Positions 24,996 through 37,937 of a stretch of 64,000 nt of DNA are shown one piece after another. The first letter of the stretch is position 1, and every line of letters begins with the position of its first letter. A program made the translations under genes and the position numbers. Under the pieces are notes generated by a model that did no database searches, was not told the origin of the DNA, and worked only from the letters and a program-made list of their open reading frames with translations. Origin of the DNA: Octopus sinensis (Eukaryota); assembly GCF_006345805.1 (NCBI RefSeq), contig NC_043006.1:248001-312000 (forward strand). Direction: 5' to 3'.

Positions 24996-25461
24996 CCATA
25001 AATCTTCAAGTATAAGCTGCATTTTTTCCCCAAAATTTAAAGGTCAAAATATTTTCTAAGCAATGTCCGAGTCTCTATTTGCTGTCTGGCTATGTTTATT
25101 CAGATGTATTTTGTGATGTCGGGCGCGAAAATACCTTAAGCTAAGCCTGAAAGCAATGAAGTCATAAAAGAATCACCCATAACTTGCAGTAAGCAACATT
25201 TATTAAAATAAAAGTATTCAGAACAGAATAACATGTAACAAAAACAATTTGCAAACATATTTACATTCCCATACAACAGTTAAGAACATCACCATTATTG
25301 TATTACGCATGCGCGGAAGTGCTTGTTCGACTAGGTGCTGCTGGCTTAATTACGCACGACTCAACTGTATTATACACAAGGTTTAGGTTTTTCAGAAGTA
25401 CAGCCCCCTAAAAACCCCTGCGTATTATACTCAAGGGCGGACTATACTTGAAGATTTACGG
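24996..25461. mobile_element. pogo/Tc2-like MITE with TA flanks
   Basis: TA|CCATAAATCTTCAAGTATAAG ... CTATACTTGAAGATTTACGG|TA terminal inverted repeats. Confidence 0.75.
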
Positions 25462-25504
25462 TATGCACATGTATGGTTGCATGTGAGTGTATATGTAAGT
25501 AATC

Positions 25505-27050
25505 ACTAATATGGCTTCAAATTTTGGCACGAGGCCAGCAATTTCGGGCGAGGGGATAAGTTGATTACATCAACCCCAGTGTTCAACTGGTACTTATTTT
25601 ATCGACCCTGAAAGGATGAAAGGCAAAGTTGACCTCGGCAGAATTTGAACTTAGAATCTCAGAATGTAAACACTGATTATATGCTGCAAAGCATTTCGCC
25701 CTGGGTGCTAATGATTCTGCCAGCTCGCAGCCCTAGTAATCATTAATACGAAGACTTAATTTTTTGTCTCAATTCCAAGTCCACACATATTGGTAACGAA
25801 AGTCTTTTCCCTCAGAGTGAAGGACAGTTTGTATGACTCTTGTGTTAGAACTATGATGCTGCATGGTAGTGAGACACACAGACCCTTGGATGTAGAAGAC
25901 CAGAGAAAACTAGAAAGGAATAAAGTGAGCACACACTGTTAGATGCACAATGCAAGTGTGCATGAACACTATACCATAAATGCATTGAGAGAAAAACTGA
26001 GAAGAAGAAACAACAGCAGGTGACGGAATTAACTTAGATTCATGACTGGTGCTCTACTGATTATAGTGACAGCAGAATTGCAAACTGAACTAATGACAAT
26101 AATACAATAATAATCCTTTCACTTATAGGCACAAGACATGAAATTGGGGGGGGGGGATTACATGACTCCAGTGTTTCACTGGTATTTAATAAAGGTGGCG
26201 AGCTGGCAGAATCGTTAGCACACCGGGGCGAAAAGCGTAGCCGTATTTCGTCTGCTGTTACATTCTGAGTTCAAATTCCGCCGAGGTCAACTTTGCCTTT
26301 CATCCTTTCGGGGTCGATAAATTAAGTACCAGTTACGCACTGGAGTCGATATAATCGACTTGATCCATTTGTCTGTCCTTGTTTGTCTTCTGTGTTTAGC
26401 CCCTTGTGGGTAGTAAAGAAATAGGTATTTGATTCATCAACCCTGAAAGAATGAAAGACAAAGTTGACCTCAGCAGAATTTGAACTCATAATGTAAAAAC
26501 AGATGCTTTTTATCCCAGCATGCTAACAATTCTGCCGCTTCACTACCTTAATAATGATAAATTTTTTTCTAGTATAGGCACAAGGCCTGAAAATTTTTAA
26601 GAGTGAAGGGGGGGGAGCTAGTGAATTGCATCAACCCCAGTGCACCACTGGTACTTAATTTAGTGAACCTGAAAGGATGAAAGGCAAACTCATCCTCAGC
26701 GGAATTTGAACTCAGAACATAAAGACAAATGGAATGCTGCTAAGCATATTTGCCCAGCATCATAATGATTCGGCCAGCTCGCCAACTTAATAATAATAAT
26801 GATGATGATAATGATAATGATAATGATGATGACAACAATCCTTTCTACAATAGACACAAGGCCTGAAACTTTTTAGGTGTTGGGGGAGCTAGCCAATTGC
26901 ATCAACCCCAGTGCACCACTGGTACTTATTTTATCAACCCCCAAAAGGATAAAAGGCAAAGTTGACTTTAGCAGAAATTGAACTCAGAGCATAAAAACGG
27001 ATGAAATGCCACTAAGCATTATGTCCGGTGTGCGAATGATTTCCATCATC
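25505..27050. mobile_element. Cluster of about five SINE family B copies; the + copy (26193-26424) is nested inside a - copy
   Basis: The consensus GGCGAGCTGGCAGAATCGTTAGCAC..GAGTTCAAATTCCGCCGAGGTCAACTTTGCCTTTCATCC occurs in both orientations. Confidence 0.85.
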
Positions 27051-27070
27051 TCAGAATAACAATAAGTAAC

Positions 27071-27108
<38 letters not shown>

Positions 27109-27174
27109 TAATAATCTACAGTTCATAAACAGTGGACTAGATTCACATAACTGCAAATGACAAACATTTCATAC

Positions 27175-27334
27175 TTCATGCGTCTCTGTTTCCCAGCTGT
27201 GTTGACGATTCGGCCGTCAGCTAAGACCACTTCCAAGTTCAGGACATTCTCTCTCATGGTGCCATAACGGACGGCATTTGTACCAGAAGCACTTGTAGCA
27301 CACATTCCACACAAGGATGCATCGGCACCAGGAT
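27175..27334 (-). CDS. LDHD: LDHD coding exon 5 ([54 protein letters not shown])
   Basis: TTTCAG acceptor and GTATGA donor; 160 nt, phase 1 to 2; near-identical to the LDHD FAD-binding segment. Confidence 0.97.
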
Positions 27335-28492
27335 CTGAAAACAATGTGTACGATGTAAAAGTATTTACTAGGGAATTCAAGAGCAAAAATAAAATATGAG
27401 GGGTAACTGAAAAGTTCCTGGTTTTAAGGGTTTCGTGAAAGGCCCGGTTGGTGACCCAACTTTCTGAGTTCTTTCACAGGGCTTAGGAAAACTGAAGGAC
27501 AACTGCAATAAGTGTATGAACCTGGGAGGGGAATATGTTGAATAAAATCATAACTGATCCTCCTAGTATTTTCTTTTACCCAAAGCCAAGAACTTTCCAA
27601 CATCCACTAGGAGTAATACTGTCTTAAAACAGAGAGAAAATATATTCAAAATAAAATAAACTTCAATAGCCATTTTAAAAATAGACTTATATTCCAGCTA
27701 ATGTAAGATACCGGTCAGTTGATTAGTTTGAGTAGATAAAATCAATCTGTAAAATTCATAACTGTAAGAAAACTATAGAAAAGGTAAATTTGTTAGTTTC
27801 AAATGATGAGTTTAAGTTCTAATATGAAGTCTTGAAGGTTAGTCTGATGTCATAAGTAGTTGTAATGTTCAAGGCATGCCATCATATTACGAAAATCCCT
27901 TCCCAGAATTCTGAGAGCTATTGAGTTATTAACCAAAATATTTGCAATATTTTGTGGAGACGTTTATGTGTTGTGTAGTGATGTGATTCTGATATGTTGG
28001 GCTGAGCCCTTCTTCAAAGGCATTTTGATGCCCTGTAAACTACTTGCTCTAATAACTCATGCCAATACCCAAATATACATACCGAATGAGTCGTTTAATA
28101 GATAAACAATCACTAAAAAGTACCACAACCATTCTCCAGTTAAAAAATTTTTTTTTTCATAAAACTGGGAACCATTCTTTTCATTTTAACTTCATTATTC
28201 TTACTATTCAAAAAGCTTAGTGGTATTCCATTCATGTTTACGTGATGAGTTCAAATTCCACCAAGGCTGACTTTGCCTTTCCTCTTTTTGGGGTCAATAA
28301 AATAAGCTCCAGTTGAGCACTGGCATCAATGTAATCGATTGGTCCCCACACACAAAATTTCAGGCCTTGTGCCTTAAGTAGAAAGGATTATTATTATTAT
28401 TATTATTGAAATATGATGATAATGAAATGTATCAATGTTTTACTCATGAAACTAGCAACATGAATTGAAATACTCAGAGCAATTTTACAAAC

Positions 28493-28634
28493 CAATCGGG
28501 AACCAAAGCCCAGTATCTCTTAGGTAAGAGTTTAATGTTCTACGAGTAACTCCACACTCAACTGTTACATCAAAGTCCTCTTGGTGTAGGTCAAGGATTT
28601 CTGTCATTTTGCTCAAGTCTACACACACACCACC
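28493..28634 (-). CDS. LDHD: LDHD coding exon 4 ([47 protein letters not shown])
   Basis: TTTCAG acceptor and GTTTGT donor; 142 nt, phase 0 to 1. Confidence 0.96.
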
Positions 28635-28795
28635 CTGAAATGAGCAAGAAAACAGAGAAGCACAAATCAGCTGAGATTTAGAATAAAAGAGACAAAGAGG
28701 ACTTCTTATAAAGCTGAGTGGCCTAACAGAAGCGGCTCCTTTGCTGGACACTGAGGCCAGCTGATATACATGCACATTATCTATATATAAGGATA

Positions 28796-29296
28796 CTAGC
28801 AGTATCACCCGGCGTTGCTCGGGTTTCTAAGGGAAATAACTATATAAGCATTTTTAGAGAGTTATAGCCAAAAAATAGCAAAAAATGCATTAAAAATGGA
28901 AAAAAAAAAATTATGGTAAATTTTTTTTTAAATCGTTGACTCATCGTAGACATTTTTAGAGTTACTTCCCTTATATAATAGCGAAAAATGCATTAAAATG
29001 GAAAAAAATTATGGTAAATTTTTTTTTAAATCGTTGACTCATCGTAGACATTTTTAGAGAGTTACTTCCCTTGTATAATAGCGAAAAAATGCATTAAAAT
29101 GGAAAAAAATGATGGTAAATTTTTTTTAAAATCGTAGACTCATCGTAGACGCGCGCTAATACACAGAAGGGCTCGATATGAATCATGACTATAAGATACC
29201 CGGTTTTGGTTAAACTGCACCGCAAAATGTGGGAGTAGTTAGGAATCTAAATCGTAGGAGACAGACAGCACACAACCTCACTTTTATATATAAAGA
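28796..29296 (-). mobile_element. Non-autonomous Helitron with ~3 internal ~100-bp tandem repeats
   Basis: Minus strand: A|TCTTTATATATAAAAG start; ACCCGAGCAACGCCGGGT hairpin followed by CTAG|T end. Confidence 0.8.
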
Positions 29297-31231
29297 TATA
29301 AAGATATATTGTAAGACAGCAATACATCAGATAGAAGACAACTTCATGCATTTTGTATTTCATTACATCAGAAAGAAGATTAGAACAAGAAAAAGAAGTA
29401 GGAGATATGAATTACTGAGGGAGGGTTCGATAATTAGCGTTAGCTGTGTTTCAATTACATCATCATCAAAGGCAGTAAGCCGGCAGAATCGTTAGAGCAC
29501 TAGGCAGAATGCTTAGTGCCATTTCACCTGTCTTTACTTTCTGAGTTCAAATTCCAATAGGGTCAACTTTGTCTTTCATCCTTTCAGGGTCAATAAGTAC
29601 CAGTGGAGTACTGGGGGTCAATGTAATCAACTTAACCCCCTCCCCCAAACTTGCTGGCCTTGTGCCAAAATTTAAAACCAATTACATCATCATCATTTAA
29701 CATCCATTTCCCATGCTGCTATGGGTTGGAAGGTTCCACAGGATATATGCAAGGGGTGTGCATCAATCTGCAATGTCTACTTAGGCATGGTTTCTATGGC
29801 TTAATGTTCTTCCTAATGCCAACCACTTCACAGAGTGTTCTGAGAGCTTTTTCGTGGCACCTGGCACTAATGAGGTTACGTGTCATGCACCATTTACATC
29901 ACCCTTATCACGATTCAGTACATACAACAAATATATTATGTGTCACTGTCACATTCGTTTACCTAATTAAGTCAACTACCGGCTTTACTGTCTTAGAAAC
30001 TACTGAATTCAGAAAGTTAAAATTTTAATCATTGCTTACAAAGTAAAATAAAATAAAAATCTAAGGCAATTCTTTTCTCGGCAAGTTTTTTATTTATTAA
30101 ATACACAATCTTGTTCTGTATTCAAAATGTTAGCACAGATGGTGAGTTATGGGTTATACACAAACAAATATTTAAAAAGTCCCACAGTGTTTTAAAGAAT
30201 ATGTCCACACAAAAAGACACACATAAGTACATACCATCACAATTTCTGAACTTCTAGTAGATAAGTGTTAATATATATATAATAGTAGTGCAAAATACAT
30301 TCAATTACTAACTACAGGTGTTGAGGAAAATTTACTTTTGTGTTTTACTTGTTAAATATTTTGGTTAGAATCAGGTCAAACATTTCTACTGGAAATGGAA
30401 AGGGAAATGGGCAAACACGGGGCAAAACTCTATGTAAGTCAATGCTTCAGATTCTACTCATTCAACTACGACAAATTCAGAAAGGGAAGATTTATAAACA
30501 GGTTCGGTAAAATCAATAATGATTCGAGACACAATAATTTCAACACTAATGGACACTTACATTGGTGGAATTGTTTCCCCATAATTTGCATATTTTCTTA
30601 CAATCAACAGTTTACTGTTGTTCACGGTGTTTTAGCTCCTGTTACGTCCTGTTTAAGCTAACCTATAAAGAAAAGCTTTATAGCTGTGACCATACGGTAA
30701 TTTCTGTTTTTGTTTTTCAAACACAATAGTACAATATCTAATCTGCACTTGTCTTTCTTTTTTTTTTTTGTAAGAAATGATTGGTGGAGGCATGCTGTAT
30801 GGCTTATGAAGGTTGCTTCCCAACCACATGGTTCCAGGTTCAGTCCTACTGCACAGTGCCTTGGACAGGAGTTTTCTACTACAGCACTGGGTTGACTAAA
30901 GGCTTGTGGATGGATTTGATAGACAGAAACTAAAAGAAACCCATCGCGCGCGTGCGTGTGTGCATGAGTAAGTGATTGAGCGTGTATATTTGTATCTCCT
31001 TATCTTGACATTGCATGGTTGTTGTAAACGAATGTCATTTATTTCTAGTATTCTGTGAAAACATGTTTGACCATGGTGAAAATATTACCTAGCTTGGAAA
31101 CAGGTAAGAGCATCTGGCCGCAGTAAACAGCTGTCCAATCCAAATGAACAGGGAAAAGTGGACGTTAAAATGACAATGATGGTGGCAGTGGTGAGATTTA
31201 AGGCAGGTAGTTTCAGAAGTCTGAAGCTACT

Positions 31232-32611
31232 TTGTTGATTCAGAATATAAAAAAATATATGGAACACTGGCCCTCGCAATTTGGATTTATCCCCAACTCC
31301 AGCTGCTGTGATCAACTTGTCATGTTTCTAGAAGACATCACCTGGGTCACTGATGGCAGCTCATGGGTGGATGTTGTTTACCATGACTTTGCTAAAGCTT
31401 TTAATTCTGTGCCACACAAAAGTCTTATGGCAAAACTCTCTGCAATGAGTGTGAAAGATAATCTTTTTAACTGGTTGGAGTCCTTCGTTCTCAGCCAAAA
31501 AGAGGTAGTTGTGGTTCTAGGACAGCATTCTTCACTCTATGAGATGTCATCTGGTGTACTGCAAGGATTTGTTCTTGGTCCCCTTTTGTTTGTTGTAGAC
31601 ATTGATGAGATAGATGCCAACTTAAAGAATGCCACAATGCTGAAATACGCAGATGACACCAAGCTGTATCTTGAGATAAAAAGGGCAGATCCTGAACATT
31701 ACATATCTTTCCGGCAAATGAACCTGGACACAATGCAACAATGGATCATGGACTGGCAACTCAGGCTGGCTGTGGACAAGTGTACCACCATGCATTCTGG
31801 GAGGGAAAACCCAATATCCACATACTCTCTCCACAACACTGATATCAAGAAGTCTTCTTGTGAACATGACCTGGGCATTACTGTCAGCAGCGATTTGTGC
31901 TGGACAAAGCACATCTCTAAAATTGTCAAGGAGGCCGAGGGTGTCTTGGCATCACTCAGCCAGGCCTTTGTCAGCCACTCTCCAGCTATCTATTTAAGGC
32001 TGTATATGGTTATGGTGCAGCCACACTTGGAATTTGCATCACCAGGCTGGAACCCCTATCTTGCTCAGGACATCGACCTTCTGGAAACTGTTCAGAGATG
32101 TGCAACCAAGCGAATACCCTCCATCAGGCAACTACCATACTCCTAATGCCTTGCTTCCCTGGGCATAGATACACTGAAGATCCGACATTTGGCTACTGAC
32201 TTGGTAAACACCCACAAAATTATTAACCGTCATGCCAACAACCACCTTGAGCACCTTTTTGAGCTCCATGTATCGAACACACGTGGGCATGTCTACAAAG
32301 TTAGAAAACACCATAGCTCCCATGACTTTCGAAACACTTTCTCACACTCAGCATCACAAAAGCATGGAACAAACTACCTGCATCAGTTGTTAGTTGCTGA
32401 AACATTGCATCCTTTAAAACTTCCATGCTTCCTGAAATTTGCCAACACTTCACCTGATATCCACCCCCTCTCCGTACGCACGCACACATGTATATAATGA
32501 CTCATACCCTGTTCACTTTCCTGATTTTTGTACATAATTATATGTACTGAACACACACCTTTAATGAGTTGTAGTACACCTGAGCACTACACACAATAAT
32601 TTCATTATCAT
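31232..32611 (+). mobile_element. CR1-clade LINE, 5'-truncated (RT domain to 3' UTR), degenerate
   Basis: QFGF..DVVYHDFAKAFNSVPH..SGVLQGFVLGPLLF..KYADDTKLY..PHLEFASPGWNPY..LETVQRCATKRIP; stop at 32146. Confidence 0.92.
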
Positions 32612-33370
32612 AAATTTGTATGCGATCCTTGATTAGGCTCATGTTAATCTTCTTTGTATTTTCAATTTTAGAATATATACTACTGAAGACAAATGAATAG
32701 CTCTGGTTGTTGAATAACAAAAATTGGTCATCTTCCTTCTTAAACGCCTGCTTCCATTTCTACAACAGTAAGCAAAACATAAGACATGTCCATCCACTAA
32801 ACCATTTTCACTAGTGGAACCTCTTCGTAGAAATATTAACAATTTCATTAAATCTAACATTCTATTGGATGAGATCATCATCATCATCATTTAATTTCTG
32901 CTTTCCATGCTGGCATGGGTTGGACAGTTTGACCAGAGCTGGTAAGTGGGGTGGCACACTAAACTCCTTTGTCTGTTCTGGCATGGTTTCTACACCAATC
33001 ACTCCTACTTCCTAACACCAATCACTCCATAGTTTTGTACTGGGTGCTTTTTATGTGGCACCTGCACAGGTGTATCAATTCTGCTTGACAGACAGGTCTT
33101 ATTGAATACAGAAAGACACCAGATATCTCAGTCCTTTGTCATCTCTTTCATGAGGCTCAAGATCTTAAGATTGGCCTTCAATACTTCATCCCATGTCTTC
33201 CTAGGTCTCCCTCTTCCACAAGTTGCTTCCACTTTCATCAATTTGCGAAATGTTTTTCACAAAGCAACAAAGTTTACAGCTTTATTTTTGTGATCCAGAA
33301 AAGTACAGGAGAAGCATAATACCATCTTCCTGTACAAAGTACAATATTGCATAGTAGTGAGACATGTTGA

Positions 33371-33708
33371 AGGCGCATGGCTCAGTGGTTAGAGCGTCAA
33401 GCTTACGATCGTAAGGTTGTGAGCTCAAATCCTGGACCGGGCTGCATGTTGTGTTCTTGAGCAAGACACATTATTTCAAGTTGCTCCAGTTCACTCAGCT
33501 GTAGAAATGAGTTGCGATGTCCCTGGTGCCAAGTTGTATCGGCCCCTTTGCCTTTCCCTTGGATAACATCAGTGGTGTGGAGAGGGGAGGCTGGTGTGCA
33601 TGGGTGACTGCTGGTCTTCCATAAAACAACCTTGCCTGGACTTGTGCCTGGGAAGGTAACTTTCTAGGTGCAATCCCATGGTCTGTGTCGTGACCGAAGG
33701 GGGTCTCA
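33371..33708 (+). mobile_element. tRNA-derived SINE family C; second copy at ~49650-49972 (-)
   Basis: Head GGCGCATGGCTCAGTGGTTAGAGCG..TCAAATCC; the body matches the reverse complement at 49.7 kb. Confidence 0.85.
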
Positions 33709-33874
33709 GTGAGACATGGGGGTGATGAGGTGGGGAATATATAAAGGCTAGAAACAATGTACCAGTAGTGTGTCAGTCTTTTCAGAATATGTTATATCAG
33801 AATTAATCTTTTGAATGTAAAATACTATCAGCTAAGCAGATCTTTAATGTGAAGGTATCAAAGTAAATGCTTGT

Positions 33875-34240
33875 TCATCATCATCATCATTTAATGTCCG
33901 CTTTCCATGCTAGCATGGGTTGGATGATTTGACTGAGGGTTGGTGAACAAGATGGCTGCACCAGGCTTCAATCTTGACCTGGCAGAGTTTCTACAGCTGG
34001 ATGCCCTTCCTAACGCCAACCACTCCAAGAGTGTAGTGGGTGCTTTTACATGCCACCGGCACGGGGGCCAGTCAGGCGGTACTGGCAACGACCTCGCTCG
34101 AATGTTTTTACATGTGCCAATAAGGTGACGCTGGTAACGATCACGCTCGAATGGTGCCTTTTATGTGCCACCAGCACAGAAGCCAGTTAGCTGCTCTGGC
34201 AACGATCACACTTGGATTGTGCTCTTAGCCCCCTACTACA
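33875..34240 (-). mobile_element. RTE-tail element with several diverged ~62-66-bp units; further copies near 32880, 35550 (+), 36165, 40440 (+), 41040 (+), 44520, 48655 (+), 61480 and 63540
   Basis: Shared (GAT)n tail, GGATGCCCTTCCTAACGCCAACCACTC core and GGTGCTTTTTACGTGCCAC units. Confidence 0.85.
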
Positions 34241-34753
34241 AATGTCCAGCATCCTTATGTTATCATATTATACCTTAATCTGGTTATTGAAACTATAATA
34301 CAATGTTTGATTGTACCAGGTGCAATATTGCAGTCAAGGTAAATTAAATATATCAACTCAGAATCAACTCGTTACTGGTTTGTTTTAACTAATTTACAGG
34401 GTGTGATTTGACAAAAATTTGTCTGCTATTTCTAACATGTCAAGAACCTGTAAAGAAATGTCCTCGTTGGTTTGGATCAATCAGTTCATGATGTGATGTG
34501 TTATGCCGCACTAATAACTGGCATAACAGTGGCATCATGAACTGACCATTGACTGACCAAGGCAGAAAAGTAACAAAGTTTATTAGGGAAAGAACCACTT
34601 TGGACGGGATGCAGTTTGGGTTTGTACCAGGACGTGGAACCATTACAAATGAAGCAACTATAAATGAAGTTTTTAGCCATGAACAAACATCATCATCATC
34701 ATCATCATTTAGCACCTGCTTTCCATGCTGGCATAGGTTAGACCGTTTTTAAG

Positions 34754-34985
34754 GCGGCGAGCTGGCAGAATAGTTAGCACGCCGGACGAAATGCTTAAGT
34801 GTATTTCGTTTGCCACTACGTTCTGAGTTCAAATTCTGCCGAGGTTGACTTTGCCTTTCATCCTTTCGGGGTCGATTAAATAAATACCAGTTACGCACTG
34901 GGGTCGATATATCCGACTTAATCCGTTTGTCTGTCCTTGTTTGTCCTCTCCTTGTTTAGCCCCTTGTGGGTAGTAAAGAAATAGG
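34754..34985 (+). mobile_element. SINE family B, full length; another at 58196-58428 (-)
   Basis: Nearly collinear with 26193-26424. Confidence 0.85.
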
Positions 34986-35214
34986 CATAGGTTAGACCGT
35001 TTGACTGGAACTGGTAAGCCAGAGAGCTGCACCAAGCTCCAGTCTGATTTGGCTTGGTTTCTATGATTGGATGCATAGGAAAGCAGACACAAAAGTAATG
35101 ATATTGAAATAGCTGCCAAAATTGGAAATATTTCAACAATCTAATTATGACGGTAATATAACAGAGAGAGAGAGAGAGACAATCAGACAGATGATAGAGA
35201 AAGATAATACACAC

Positions 35215-35356
35215 CACTGTGGCATTTACTCCACCTTCCAGGCCAGTTCCAGAACCAAAAGGTATGAGAGGTATTCGTTGGTTATTACAGTATTTGGCAA
35301 TAGCACTAACCTCTTCTGTACTATTAGCAAAGGTAACTACATCCGGTGGGAAGCAC
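35215..35356 (-). CDS. LDHD: LDHD coding exon 3 (CFPPDVVTFANSTEEVSAIAKYCNNQRIPLIPFGSGTGLEGGVNATV)
   Basis: CAACAG acceptor and GTGTGT donor; 142 nt, phase 2 to 0; contains the PFGxGTGLEGG FAD-binding loop. Confidence 0.96.
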
Positions 35357-37007
35357 CTGTTGTAAGATAAAGGTAAACATTTATACAGTTCAGCTGCATT
35401 ACCAAATTATAATTATGTATCAATAAGAGAGACAAATCCACAGAAAACTCCAACCATTGGTTAATCACAGTTCAAATTCATACTATTGGCATAAAACATT
35501 AACTTAGTTAACCATCCCCCAACTCCTGTCTAAAGAGTTAAATAAAGCCCGTGCTAGTAGGGTGCTAAGAGCGCCATCCGAGTGCGATCGTTGTCAGAGT
35601 GGCTAAATGGCTTCCGTGCCAGTGACATGTAGAAGGCATCATTCGAGCGTGATCGTTACCTGCATTACCTTACTGGCACTTGTGCCGGTGGCATATGTAA
35701 AAGATTCGATCAAGGTCATTGCCAGTACCGCCTGACTGGCCCCCATTCCGGTGGCACGTAAAAAGCACCCACTATATTCTCGGAGTGGTTGGCATTAAGA
35801 AGGGCATCCAGCTGTGGAAACTCTGCCAGATCAGATTGGAGTCTGGTTCACCAGCCCTCAGTGAAACTGTCCAACCCATGCTAGCATGGAAAGCGGACGT
35901 TAAATGATGATGATGAGTGATAGATGGACCTTTAGTATATTCTTCTGTCTCTAACTTCTGTGTACTCTAAAAGCTGTGTACTCTAAATCATAAAGAGTCT
36001 AAATTGTGAACCCCTAATTATGAAGAGTCTAAGAAGTGAAAAAGCAACCATGTTATGTTTATTTGTCATTCTGAATGAGAGCAGCAACGCCTAAGCTTTT
36101 CAAGTTCTCTAAAGTAGTTTTTATGAAGTAAAGGAGTTCAATCAGTAAAAGGTTACATCATCATCAACATCGTTTAACATCCGCTTTCCATGCTAGCATG
36201 GGTTGGATGAATGACTGAGGACTGGTGAACCAGATGGCTGCACCAGGCTCCAGCCTTGATCTGGCAGAGTTTCTAAAGCTGGATGCCCTTCCTAACACCA
36301 ACCACTCTGAGAGTGTAGTGGGTGCTTTTACATGCCACCTGCACAGTAGTTAGTCCAGCGGCACTGCCAATAACCTTGCTCAAATGTTTTATTCACGTGT
36401 CAGTAAGGTGACGCTGGTAACGATCACACTCAAATGGTGCTTTTTACGTGCCACTAGCACGGAGCCTATAAACAGTAAATGAAAGAAAGAAATAATCAAT
36501 AGTGGCAGAAGCGATATTAATACCAAACGGTAACTTTGATCTCCAACTTAATGTGGAGGTTGTGTTAGAACACAGAATACGGTGTTATTTATCTTGAGAG
36601 AACCTCTCATAAGGAATCATAGTGTGTAAAAGCACTGTTATATCGTTGACAGATGAGAACCAACTGCTATGGCTACTGGGACTGCTAGATCATGTGATTT
36701 CACCCTCCTATGGGTTCCTCAGTGACAGACGTCCAACAGCAACAACAGCCACATGTAACCTGACAATTCAGAAAACCATAGCAGATGATTCTCGTCTGCC
36801 AATGATATATAACAGTGCTTCTATGCACCATGAGGCCATATGAGAGACCCTCTCAAGGTAAATGATGCAGTATTCTGTGTTCCAATATCACCTCTACATT
36901 AAGTTGGAGATTAAGATTACCTTTCGAAAGAAAAAAAAAGTTTTTCTAAAGAGCAATGATTCGTATAAATATATTAATGTACAAAAGTAGAACTTTAGAA
37001 ATCTTAC

Positions 37008-37135
37008 TTATGGTAAGATTCATCGTGTCCGTGTTGTTCTCGAACAGCAAGTGCTATGCTCACATTTTCTTTGCCGACTATAGAGCGAAGATCTTCCACA
37101 ACACTGTCTGGTAGTTGCTTTTGACTATTAGGTAC
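37008..37135 (-). CDS. LDHD: LDHD coding exon 2 (VPNSQKQLPDSVVEDLRSIVGKENVSIALAVREQHGHDESYHK)
   Basis: TTCTCAG acceptor and GTAAGA donor; 128 nt, phase 0 to 2; contains the VREQHGxDES motif. Confidence 0.95.
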
Positions 37136-37893
37136 CTGAGAAAATACAACCATTTTGAAAGAAGTCATAGCACAATACAACAAAGTTTACTGCCTTTCAA
37201 TAAAAAACCAAAAATTTCAAACAGAAAGTTTGGGAACCATTAACTATTATATTGATGCATGCAGACATCTTGAGTAAGATCAAAACCACGGCTGACTAAT
37301 CTTCAATTTTAAATACATCCACATATCTTAAAGGTGTTGCTTCTTTCAGCACCAACACAATGGAAGTTTTGGCATCTAACAGGTGACTTGATAGAAGCCC
37401 ACAAGATTATCCACCCAACAATTTTAGTTACCTTTTTGAATTCAGTACCTCTACCATTCATGATCATGCTTCTAAATTTTCGAACAATGCAGCACCTGTC
37501 ATTTCAGAAATACTTCTTCACACCCAGAATTATCTTCAAGTCAAGTAGCTTGTCCCACTCAAAAGGTCCCTGAATAAGGTTTGTTTCAGGATGATGAATG
37601 AAACACTAATGGTTTCTAGCAGTGAATTATTCAAATGCCAAAAAAGTCCCCTTAACACATGGCTATGATGCTTCCACACTACTCCAGCTCAGATATGCAC
37701 ATATCATCAGCCACTAAGAGACATGCTCAACTGGTTAAGGATCAAGCAACTAACAAGCAAATCTGTGGTATTGAGCAGAATATTTGCTGTAGCCCATCTT
37801 TTATACCAAGACAAAACGTGTACATGATAACACTTCCAATCAGTTAAGATCAGAAGCCATGAGAGCCACTGCCTGGTATTGCATCAGGGCAGC

Positions 37894-37937
<44 letters not shown>

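Noticed and set aside
33371-33445. tRNA gene (also other SINE heads)
   Set aside because: A/B-box-like head, but no complete cloverleaf, and it continues into a multi-copy SINE body.
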